Shown here: in pieces, positions 38,767 to 47,700 of the stretch
Numbering within the stretch: position 1 is the first letter of the stretch
Layout: each line of letters begins with the position of its first letter
Source of the DNA: an uncultured Clostridia bacterium
GTDB lineage: Bacteria > Bacillota > Clostridia > Christensenellales > UBA1242
Reading direction: 5' to 3'
Assembly: GCA_947366545.1 (NCBI GenBank)
Contig: CANBAL010000003.1
Location: 55,492 to 119,491 of the forward strand
Length of the DNA stretch: 64,000 nt
The notes under the pieces: model-generated
The model's input: only the letters and a program-made list of their open reading frames with translations
Told to the model about the DNA's origin: nothing
Databases searched by the model: none
Position numbers and translations under genes: made by a program

Positions 38767-38790
38767 ACATGCAAACTGCATGTTTTTTAT
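38767..38790. terminator. Bidirectional terminator between gltX (+) and the MGMT-like gene (-)
   Basis: ACATGCA-AAC-TGCATGT hairpin flanked by an A-run and a T-run. Confidence 0.6.
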
Positions 38791-39095
38791 TTTGTCAAAT
38801 CGTAAAAATATAAATTTAAATCGACGCTGCCATGACACACTTCCACACCTTCACGCTCAAGAAGTTCTTGTTGCATATTTTTTCCACCGAATGCGAAAGC
38901 GCTTGATAATTCGCCTTTTTGGTTTACGACTCGGTGACAAGGTGTGACGGAATTGCTTGGGTTTGCATGTAGCGCCCAGCCCACCTGCCTTGACATTCTT
39001 GGATTTCCAAGGGCACGGGCAATATTGCCATAGGTGGTCACCTTTCCTTTAGGTATTTTCTGTACTAATGAATACACTTTGTCAAAATAGTTCAT
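38787..39095 (-). CDS. MGMT-family protein (methylated-DNA--protein-cysteine methyltransferase DNA-binding domain, active-site PCHRV present)
   Basis: VPKGKVTTYGNIA...PCHRVVNQKGELS. 102 aa, only the C-terminal MGMT domain. SD AGAGGAG. Confidence 0.85.
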   Translation of the reverse strand: MNYFDKVYSLVQKIPKGKVTTYGNIARALGNPRMSRQVGWALHANPSNSVTPCHRVVNQKGELSSAFAFGGKNMQQELLEREGVEVCHGSVDLNLYFYDLTK

Positions 39096-39150
39096 TTTCT
39101 CCTCTTAAAAATATAATATCACATTTTTAGCTAACAGCGTAAATATTAAT

Positions 39151-39339
39151 ATGGAAAATAATAAAAAACTTAACATGAAACCGGAGGAACTGGTTGCGCT
39201 TGCGTCAAGTCTTGCGATATCTCTTTCAAAATGCTATGATCATCATGATTTAGACACTTTAAAATCATTTTTTTCGGCTGTGTCGTCTAACATAGGGCTT
39301 ATTCAAAATCGCTGCAAAAGTTATGGCAATAAAAAATGA
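39151..39339 (+). CDS. Hypothetical small protein (62 aa), weak call
   Basis: ORF only, with no clear SD and no recognisable motif. Confidence 0.3.
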   Translation: MENNKKLNMKPEELVALASSLAISLSKCYDHHDLDTLKSFFSAVSSNIGLIQNRCKSYGNKK

Positions 39340-39366
39340 CATCACTTTTTGTGATGCCATAATAAT

Positions 39367-39669
39367 TTATGCTTGTTCTGCTTCAAGAGCGTTAGCGCGT
39401 GCTTCTAAAATTGCCGCTTTAGATCTTAAGTTTTCAGCTTCTTGTCTTAATTGTATGATTTGGTAATCAGTTGTAGAAATACCATTGTCAAGATAATCGT
39501 TTCTGTTTGCTTGTGCGCGTGCATGCTTTGCTCTTGTGATAGCAAGTTGTCTAGGCGTTGCTTTTGAAGGTTTTCCTTTGCCTGCGCCATAGAGTCCACC
39601 ATTTTTAACCTGTGCAGTCTTATTGATTGGCTCGCGTGTTGGCATACTTTCCATGTCTAAATTTCTCAT
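39367..39669 (-). CDS. Small basic protein with a C-terminal coiled coil (100 aa), unknown function
   Basis: A strong SD (AAGGAGGAAACGATG) defines the start at 39669, so the 168-aa version in the ORF track is over-extended. Own TTGACT-17-TATCAT promoter. C-terminal heptad-like QLRQEAENLRSKAAILEARANALEAEQA. Confidence 0.6.
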   Translation of the reverse strand: MRNLDMESMPTREPINKTAQVKNGGLYGAGKGKPSKATPRQLAITRAKHARAQANRNDYLDNGISTTDYQIIQLRQEAENLRSKAAILEARANALEAEQA

Positions 39670-39694
39670 CGTTTCCTCCTTGTTTAGTGACTCT

Positions 39695-39723
39695 ATGATA
39701 ACATGAAGGAAGGTAAAAGTCAA
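39695..39723 (-). promoter_or_regulatory. Promoter (TTGACT-17 nt-TATCAT, minus strand) of the small coiled-coil gene
   Basis: Plus-strand agtcaa at 39718-39723 and atgata at 39695-39700. Confidence 0.5.
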
Positions 39724-39849
39724 TACCCATTCTCGACAAATTTTAATATTTTTCGAAATATTTTTATTGCGGGAACAAGTATGAAAAATGGAAGCTATTT
39801 CAGTAATGGAATTGCATTGTAGTAAGTCGTGAAAGTAAAATACCATATT

Positions 39850-40105
39850 AAAAAAGTAGCGACAAATCGCCAACGCAACGAAGTGTAGTGCGATTTCGTT
39901 TGGTCGCTAACGAGACAGTAAAGCGGTAGGGTCGTATAACTTTGGAGTCTTCCAAAGTTGAGACCGATTAGCTTATACTGGCGAGTTGGAGCGAAAGACG
40001 GGATTCGTTCGGCAAACAGCGTTTGCCAGTGGCCGGGCGCGCAGTCCTCTTGTCCGCCCCGACCGCGAAGCGGGTGAGAATCCCTAATATTCGTTTTAGA
40101 CTTTC
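39850..40105 (-). ncRNA. Structured, locally GC-rich RNA co-transcribed 3' of tRNA-Gly, with a tRNA-like 119-nt element ending in a perfect copy of the tRNA 3' end; class unknown
   Basis: It lies between the tRNA-Gly 3' end and a long terminator hairpin (39850-39908, followed by TTTTTT). 48 of 70 nt are G/C in 40011-40080, against an AT-rich background. 21-nt perfect repeat at 39987-40007 and 40106-40126. Several perfect hairpins. See findings. Confidence 0.5.
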
Positions 40106-40180
40106 TGGAGCGAAAGACGGGATTCGAACCCGCGTTCCTCAGCTTGGGAAGCTGATGCCATACCACTAGGCCACTTTCGC
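40106..40180 (-). tRNA. tRNA-Gly (anticodon CCC), CCA encoded
   Basis: Reverse complement is GCGAAAGTGGCCTAGTGGTATGGCATCAGCTTCCCAAGCTGAGGAACGCGGGTTCGAATCCCGTCTTTCGCTCCA. Acceptor GCGAAAG/CTTTCGC, anticodon loop TTCCCAA, discriminator U as in bacterial tRNA-Gly. Confidence 0.92.
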
Positions 40181-40194
40181 ATAATGTTAACTTT

Positions 40195-40223
40195 AGTATA
40201 TTCTTTTGCTACAAAAATGTCAA
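40195..40223 (-). promoter_or_regulatory. Promoter (TTGACA-17 nt-TATACT, minus strand) for tRNA-Gly and its trailer RNA
   Basis: Plus-strand tgtcaa at 40218-40223 and agtata at 40195-40200. The tRNA starts about 15 nt downstream of the -10 element. Confidence 0.6.
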
Positions 40224-40261
40224 ATTAAAATATCGAAATAATTAAATAAAAATTAATTAAA

Positions 40262-40290
40262 AACAAAAAAAATGCAATTTTTATTGCATT
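40262..40290 (-). terminator. Rho-independent terminator after trpS
   Basis: AATGCAAT-AAAA-ATTGCATT hairpin followed by TTTTTTTGTTT on the minus strand. Confidence 0.6.
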
Positions 40291-40303
40291 TTTTTTAATA
40301 TTT

Positions 40304-41368
40304 TTATTTATTCAGAAATTTCTGATAATTTATTCCTATTGCATCGTGCATTTCTGCTATTTTTTTATCGGCAATTTTTCTCATTTTTTTGCCATTTTCA
40401 AACAGCATTTTATATATGTCATCAATGTTGTTTTCAAGTTCTTTTCTTTTTGCTCTAATAGGCGTTAAAATTTCGTTAATTATATTGTTTAGGAATAATT
40501 TTACTTTCACATCACCAAGCCCGCCGCGTCTGTAGTGTGCCTTTAGTTCGTCTAATGATTTGTATTCGGGCAGATATTTTTCAAAATGTTCTGGTTTGCA
40601 GAAAGCGTCAAGGTAGGCAAAAACAGTATTGCCTTCCACTTTGCCGGGGTCAGAAACCTTTATATGACTCGGGTCAGTGTAGGCATTCATAATTTTTTGT
40701 TTTACAGCGGCTTCATCTTCATAGAGGTAGATGCAGTTTCCAAGCGATTTGCTCATTTTAAGTTTTCCGTCCAGCCCAGGAAGGCGGGCAACCACCTTGC
40801 TTTCAGGAATCATCCCCTTTGGCATTTTAAAAATAGGTGCATATTGAGTGTTGAAAGAGTGGGCAATTTCTCTCGCTTGTTCTATCATAGGTGCTTGATC
40901 GTCGCCAGCAGGTATAATAGTAGGGGAAAACAGCAAAATATCGGCCGCTTGGCTTATGGGATAGGTCAAAAAGCCTACTGGAAGAGAGGTTTCGTACCCT
41001 CTTTGTTTAATTTCTTCCTTTATAGTTGGATTTCTTTTTAAGCGAGATAATGTGACTAGGTTCATGAAATAGCCAGTCATTTCAAAAAGCTCGGGTACTT
41101 CGGATTGTATAAATATGGTTGCTTTTTTTGGATCAAGGCCAGCAGAAAGCAAATCAATCGCCACCTGCACTACACTGTTTTTAACCTTATCCACATTTTT
41201 TGCATTGTCTGTTAAGGCTTGAGTGTCTGCAATCATAACATAAAAGTTGTCATAATCCCCTTTTTCTTGTATGTCAAGTAGCAGTCTTATGGCACTTGAG
41301 TAGTGTCCTAAATGTAAATTTCCAGTAGGTCTTATACCAGTAAGTATAGTTTCAGCCATGGGTTTCAT
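40304..41368 (-). CDS. trpS: Tryptophan--tRNA ligase (start at 41368 or at the ATG at 41359)
   Basis: TGIRPTGNLHLGHY (HIGH-type motif), KMSKSLGN (KMSKS motif), 354 aa. Confidence 0.92.
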   Translation of the reverse strand: MKPMAETILTGIRPTGNLHLGHYSSAIRLLLDIQEKGDYDNFYVMIADTQALTDNAKNVDKVKNSVVQVAIDLLSAGLDPKKATIFIQSEVPELFEMTGYFMNLVTLSRLKRNPTIKEEIKQRGYETSLPVGFLTYPISQAADILLFSPTIIPAGDDQAPMIEQAREIAHSFNTQYAPIFKMPKGMIPESKVVARLPGLDGKLKMSKSLGNCIYLYEDEAAVKQKIMNAYTDPSHIKVSDPGKVEGNTVFAYLDAFCKPEHFEKYLPEYKSLDELKAHYRRGGLGDVKVKLFLNNIINEILTPIRAKRKELENNIDDIYKMLFENGKKMRKIADKKIAEMHDAIGINYQKFLNK

Positions 41369-41657
41369 CCTTTTATAAAATTTTTTCTACAAGTATTATA
41401 TAAAAATTTTTTGTGGTAGTCAAATCTAATTACAAGAAAGCACAGAAGATTTTTCAAAAGGCCCTAGAGATAATTTAATCAAAATTAACAAAAAATAAAG
41501 AAAAAACCTTAAAAAATTGTGATTTTTTTATATTTTTCATTTAATTAATTTTTAACCCGAGAAAAACCTATAAAAAATTACTAAAAAAATATTTTTTACT
41601 CCTATTTTGCGATTAAAAATATTTGTTTTAAAAATACTAATTTTGATGCAAATTGTT

Positions 41658-41686
41658 TTGATTTGTCGACTTAAATGATATATAAT
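41658..41686 (+). promoter_or_regulatory. Candidate promoter of the giant gene (TTGATT-17 nt-TATAAT)
   Basis: TTGATT at 41658-41663 and TATAAT at 41681-41686, about 50 nt upstream of the ATG at 41737. Confidence 0.5.
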
Positions 41687-41736
41687 TTATATATAAATTT
41701 AAGGGGTACTTTGTGCCCAAAAAGAAGGAGCTATCC

Positions 41737-44700
41737 ATGAGAAAGAAATTGATGAAAGGTTTGTATGCTTTGGCTGTTATGCTGATGAGCGTTGGTGCTG
41801 TTGCCATGGTGCCAAGTTTGTCTGCAGAACCAGATGCGAGGGTAGAGGAAAGTGTTGAAACCTCTGCTACGCCAAGGGTGAGTACATACGCCGCGGAAGG
41901 TACCGAGGCGAGTGAGCCAACAGGCAACTGGGCAAATCAGTTTGATGCAAGTAGAGCGGAAAGTTCCACTCCTTTTGGGAACCCTGTTTCCCGCCCAGAC
42001 GGAAATTATTATCAAATTACTAACGCCGAGGACTTGGCGTTACTTTCATATCTTGTAGCCACCGCAACAAGCCCCACTTGGTTAAGTGCAAAATATGAAC
42101 TCACCGCTGACATCGACCTGGCTGGCTCCTACTGGACACCTATTGGTGTGTCACGATCATATCCTTTCTTTGGAACTTTTAATGGTAATTTCCACACTAT
42201 TAAGAACATTGTCATTGAAGGCTCGTCAGCCATTGCCGAAGGTGGCTTGTTTGGATATTTATCAGAAAATGCCTTTGTTTGCAACCTTACCGTTGATGGT
42301 TTTAGAAGTTATTTGGATGATAGCGATGTAGCATCATCAGGTGCAGTTGCGGGTTATGCTATTGGTGCCACCATTGCAAATGTGTATGCAAAAAATACAA
42401 ACGGGTTTTATGGAATTGCAGATTCCACTAATTGTATGATCTATCGTGGATGGAGTTCAAATGGCACATCAAATGACACATCTTTTTCTACAGTAGAAAG
42501 TACTCTGACTATCAATGTGGAATCTTCTAATACCTACGGCTACGCCATCATGTTCAACTTTAATGGCGGTGCAGTATACAAATATCAATCTAAGACAAGT
42601 CTCGGCTCTCTTCAATATAGCAGATATGGTGTGCTTATTAATTCCAGCGGTGCCGTTCAAACTGGCAAGGCTACCTATGGACCATTCCTTGGCACAAGGG
42701 CTGCTGTTATGTCTAATGCAAGCGGCGTGTTTGCAATCAAGGTGGGCAACGAATTTACAGTAAAGGCTGGCAGCGCCACCCTTACTTCAAGGAATTTGGG
42801 ATCCAACTTAACCGCCCTTGCTGGCACAGGTTATATCGCTACTTTAAACTGGACTCCAAAGAAATATACTTTAAATGCTTACTATAATTATTCACCTGAT
42901 ACTCCTATCGCGACAGAATTACAAAATGACGCAGTTTTCCCTACATCATTTAGTCGCGTGGGTTATACATTGGCAGGCAGATATACCAACGCTGCTTTAA
43001 CAACGGCACTAAGTGGACTTAATTTTGTAGGTGACACTGTTGCTCTCTCTGGCACTACTTATTCAATCTATTTAAAATGGAATCCATTAACTAATATTGG
43101 TTATAATGTGCATATGTTGTTAGACGGGCAATCACCTTCTGGAGAAAGCGGAAATGTTAACGCTTCTATTGCGTATGATAATTTGAAGATATTGGAAGGT
43201 AGTGGTACAGAAAACTTGGCAACCAACTCTGGTGATACAAAGGGTTTGAACTTTAACCTAGAAAATCACACCTCAAGTAATAGCGTAACAATTTCATTCG
43301 ATTTAAATTATGGCTTTGAATTTGGTGCTGGCACAAATTCTTCCGTGCTTTCAACTAGCCAAGTATTCAATAATGCCGGTGTATACCATGTGTTCGCAGC
43401 TGGCAGATATGACACTAAGGCGCCAGTTACTTCAGTGGTTGCAGTTAGTGGACAGAAGCGTACAATAACACTAAATAATATAGTTGGAAGTGGTGACATT
43501 TATATTGTTTTTAAAAGAGCAGAAGTAAAAGTTGCACTTGAAACAAGCAATGTAACAGTTGCTTTAACAAATAATAGCTCTTCTACCTCCTTGAATGCCG
43601 CAAAAACTGAACTTACCACAAAAGTAGGTGATGTATTTACTTTAACTTTTGATATTGATACAACAAAAGGTGCAAATCTATTTATCACCAATTATGGTGT
43701 TGTAGGTTTTAATAGATATGTAAATGCGGTAGATACAAGGACTTCTTTTGGTGGTGGTAGTTATGTAACAAAGTATACCGTATCGACAATAACAAACGAT
43801 TTCTTTAAAACAGATTCAGCAACTGGCAACAAAATTACTGCAATAGCCCGCGGGCTTGAATATACAGTAAATCTTACCATGACCCGTACTGAAAGTTATA
43901 CTGACAGCAGTAAATATGCTTTAGCATATGCTGCTCACAGTGTTGATCAAAACGGAACTTCTGGCAATAATACTCATAGAATTGATTTGGCTTCTGATGG
44001 TATGGGCAGAGTTTATATGTTATCTAACGATTACTATACTTTTGATAGTCTTTCACTAGTAACACAACATACAAACAGCGGAAATGATGGTACAAGCATA
44101 CCTATCACTATCGGCTCTGATAAACAAACAATTTTAAGTAATGGTTATGTTCAATATGCCTATGACTTTAAGGTTGAAGTACCAGACAACTTAGGGGAAG
44201 AAATACCTGAATATTACTTTACTTTTACTGCGAAGCCACAAGAATACTCTGTTGAAACAGAGATATATATAGATGGCGTAGAGGCTACAGAGGAGCAACT
44301 AACCGCTTATGGTTTAACAAGCACCCTTGGTAATGGAGTTGCAAAGCCTAATGATACCACTACAATCACCTTTAATCTTGGTGCAAATGGCACAAAATAT
44401 CTTGTTAACACTCCTGAAATCACATGCCAAAAAGCAAGTGAGAAAATAGGAAACACAGAAATAGATGTGCCTGGCGCTGTAGGGACAATGAGTGGTAACA
44501 CTTACACCTTTGGTACGAGAGATACTATTGTGCGAGCAGATTATACAACTAAGAAAATTACCCTTGATTTAAGTGCCACCGCAGTGGTAAAAGACTTGAA
44601 CGGTAAGAGTGGTGTGAATGGCGCTCTTGACGGCTTCACATATAATAAGGATAGCCTTGGTGCAACAGTAGGATATGACGCAGGATTTAACATTACTGTT

Positions 44701-47700
44701 GAAGGTGGGGCAAACGAGGGTAATATCAATATGATTACAGGGTATTACCTTGTAGGTTGGTATCTACAAAATGGAGACATCATACTCGATACTAATCTTG
44801 AAAATATTATTAATACTAATGCCGTACGAGATTTAGTTGCTGCAAATGAAGGCGAGACTTTAAGTTTGTCTGTACAGCCTGTAATTCAACAAAAAACAAT
44901 AAAGTTAAGCTTTGGTGAAGGAGCGGATGAACATAATCTAATTACACCAAAGAATGGCGATGCCGATAAAACAACCTATACATTTACTTACTATCATGCA
45001 CAAGAAACTTTTGATACAACAGCGGCATTCAGTTTGGCTGATATGGCGGGTCTCTTCCAAAAGATTGGTACCAGTGCTTTAAAATCTTGGCGAATGACAG
45101 AAAAAGATAATGTTTATGCTTTTAATGCTACCTCTGAATATATTGCTGCTTGGGATGATATTTATGGTGAGGGAAATGAAACCACCTTTAACTTTACACC
45201 AAATGAATGGACAAATATTGTATATACCGTTGCAATTGATGCAAGCAATTCAATTAGTGTAAGTTTAGGCAATACAATTTACCTTGTTTATGATAAAGCT
45301 GGCAATGCCACCTATCATAATGGCGAACTTAGTGTAGGTCTTACCGCTCGTGAAGGCTATACAGCAAATAAATTTAGTTTTAATGGTAATGGAAATACCG
45401 CAACAATATTAGGTAATTTATCAGGCCAAGAAAATGCATTTACGCTTTCTGAAGAAAATATTGTTGCTTTCCTTGCAAGTGAATTTCATTACCAAGCGGG
45501 CACTGCATTTACAATTACAACCAACTGGGAACCTGTAGTTTACAAGGTATTTATAAGTTATACAAATTACGAAAACTTTGCAACAAACGATAACATTCTG
45601 AAAGAAGAAGGTGAGAACGGCAGATATTATATCGAAGTGCCATATCAAACAGCAATGGCAGGACTTGCAGATTTTGAAACTGCACTCACAAGGTCAGGTT
45701 ATATTGTTTCTGGCTGGAGAAATATTACTGATAATGATACTATAACTATATATAATAAGAATAGTACATATGATAAGACGCATGATATTACAGTTAAAGC
45801 AATTTGGACTGTAGATACTGAAAATTCATATATCAATATCAATCTTGATGGAGATAAATCTGTATATTATAATGGCAAGGAGCAAACCCTTGGCACTGCC
45901 TCTATATTGCCTGCACTTGAGGATGGAAAACTTTATCTAAGCAATGGTGAAAAGGTAAATAAAGGTTATTGGGCTAAGGTTGATAACGACGGTAATATAC
46001 TTGAAAAATTTGCTGATAACCAGTTGGCACTTAGCCTTACTAATGTATCACAAAGCGGAAAGTATGTTTACGTTATCGAAGTTGTATCTGATACAAGTGT
46101 ATTGATTAGTGAAGGCTACACAGCAAAGAGTACTCCAATCACTATTGAAATCAAGAAAAATACCGTAGTGGTTGTTGGCTCAGCCCTTGAATCTTACTAT
46201 ACAGGCACCGAGAAATTTATTGCAACAGATACCAGCGTAGTGGGCGGACTATATTTCAAATATGACGCTGACGGCAATGAACTTAATATCACTGCTCCAA
46301 CAGTAGCATACGAAATTTCAAGCGACATTTTAACAGTAAAAGGCTTTAGACTTTTAAGCAGCAATGGTTATGCTGTAAGCGATAATGTAGAAATAGATTA
46401 TATTCTTGATACTCATAATTATGAAAACAACTTTACAAGTTTTGATAACTTTGGCACAGCAGAAGGTTATACTAGAGTTACTGGACAGTTCTATAACAAT
46501 TCTTATGACAAGGTTACGGTAACAAACGCTTATTTCTTAAGAGTAGAGGGTAATAAAATTGTACAAACCACCCTCGCTATAGATGTAAATGGTAGAGGCT
46601 TCTATATTGAAGGAATGCGTCATCAGCTTAAGTTGTCTTCTGATAAAATCAGCGTTTTACCAGACAAACTTATTTTAGATAAGTTAATCGCACTTCAACT
46701 TCTAAATGGTGGCGAAACCGCTGCGGCCGATACTTTTGCACTTACTCTCAGCGTTGAAACAAAGACTTCAAATGCTGACAATTATGATGATGTGTCTAAG
46801 TTTAACATTGATTATAGTATTAAATTAAATAACCAAGAGGTTAAAAACAATTTTGCAATAACAGTGACTGGCAACTATGTTATTGAAGATACAAACGCTT
46901 CAAATTCCTACTCATACAACTATCAAGTAGGTTATCTCACAGCAAATGAGGGAATGCTTCAAAGCATTACCACAAGTTATGCTGGTACTGAATACTATAA
47001 TATAAAGATAACACAAATTAAGATTGGAAGCGTAACAGTAAGTGGCGACCAAATTGGCGAGTTCTATATCTATACAACAGATGCAGGTGAGATGCTTGTA
47101 ACAATAGCGGGAAATGGAACAAAATCTCTTGATATCGTTGTACGACAAGGGTACGATATTACATTTACGGTTACTCCAGTGGCAGTACAAACCGATGTAA
47201 CATCTTCAAATCTTGTTTACTTAGGCCTTAATTCAAGAAATCTGTTGCCTGAAGATAGAGACGAACTTATTACCAATTTCACTGAAGTAAAAGACTTAGA
47301 TCAGCAAGTGGTGCTTTCAGGCTCTACTGGTGAAAGCAATGGTCAATATTATACACTTTTCACAGATGTAAAATATATCACCTTAGATAAGGGAAATGAT
47401 GATGCAAATAAGCAAATTAGTTTCTTCCTTTCAGCAGGCGATACTAGGGTCATGGCTAATCCAACATGGAAAGGCTTTGAGTTTACAGGATGGCAAATTC
47501 CAAATGGCAGCGGTGTAACAGCAGAGGACAATGGCGCCAATGGTTACAATATTCAAACAGTAGCCGGTAAGGCAGCAGTCTTAACTGCACAGTGGACACT
47601 ACTTGCTCCAACCGTAACTACACCTGCAACAAAGGAAATAGTTAAAAACGCAAGCGAGAGCGCACAAACAATCACTTTCACAGAAGTTGCTGGCACTATT

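Noticed and set aside
39850-40105. Known RNA classes for the tRNA-Gly trailer: tmRNA (including permuted two-piece), SRP RNA, RNase P RNA, 6S RNA, and cobalamin riboswitch (a GCCACTGG-like string is present).
   Set aside because: There is no GGGG...ACCA alanine-type acceptor pairing. No tag ORF ends in a hydrophobic ..LAA-type tail in any frame I translated. It lacks the SRP domain IV motif and the GAGGAAAGTCC RNase P motif. The B12-box-like strings sit on opposite strands and in the wrong order. The class therefore remains unknown rather than assigned.
39795-40166. 123-aa minus-strand ORF in the track.
   Set aside because: It runs through tRNA-Gly and the GC-rich structured RNA. It has no SD, and its Arg/Gly-rich composition simply reflects the GC-rich RNA element.
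41369-41736. An expected T-box leader upstream of trpS (and likewise upstream of gltX at about 37100).
   Set aside because: There is no T-box sequence (the reverse complement of AATTAGGGTGGTACCGCG-like is absent), no specifier-loop architecture and no terminator/antiterminator pair. The region is almost pure A/T. gltX is translationally packed behind the preceding gene.
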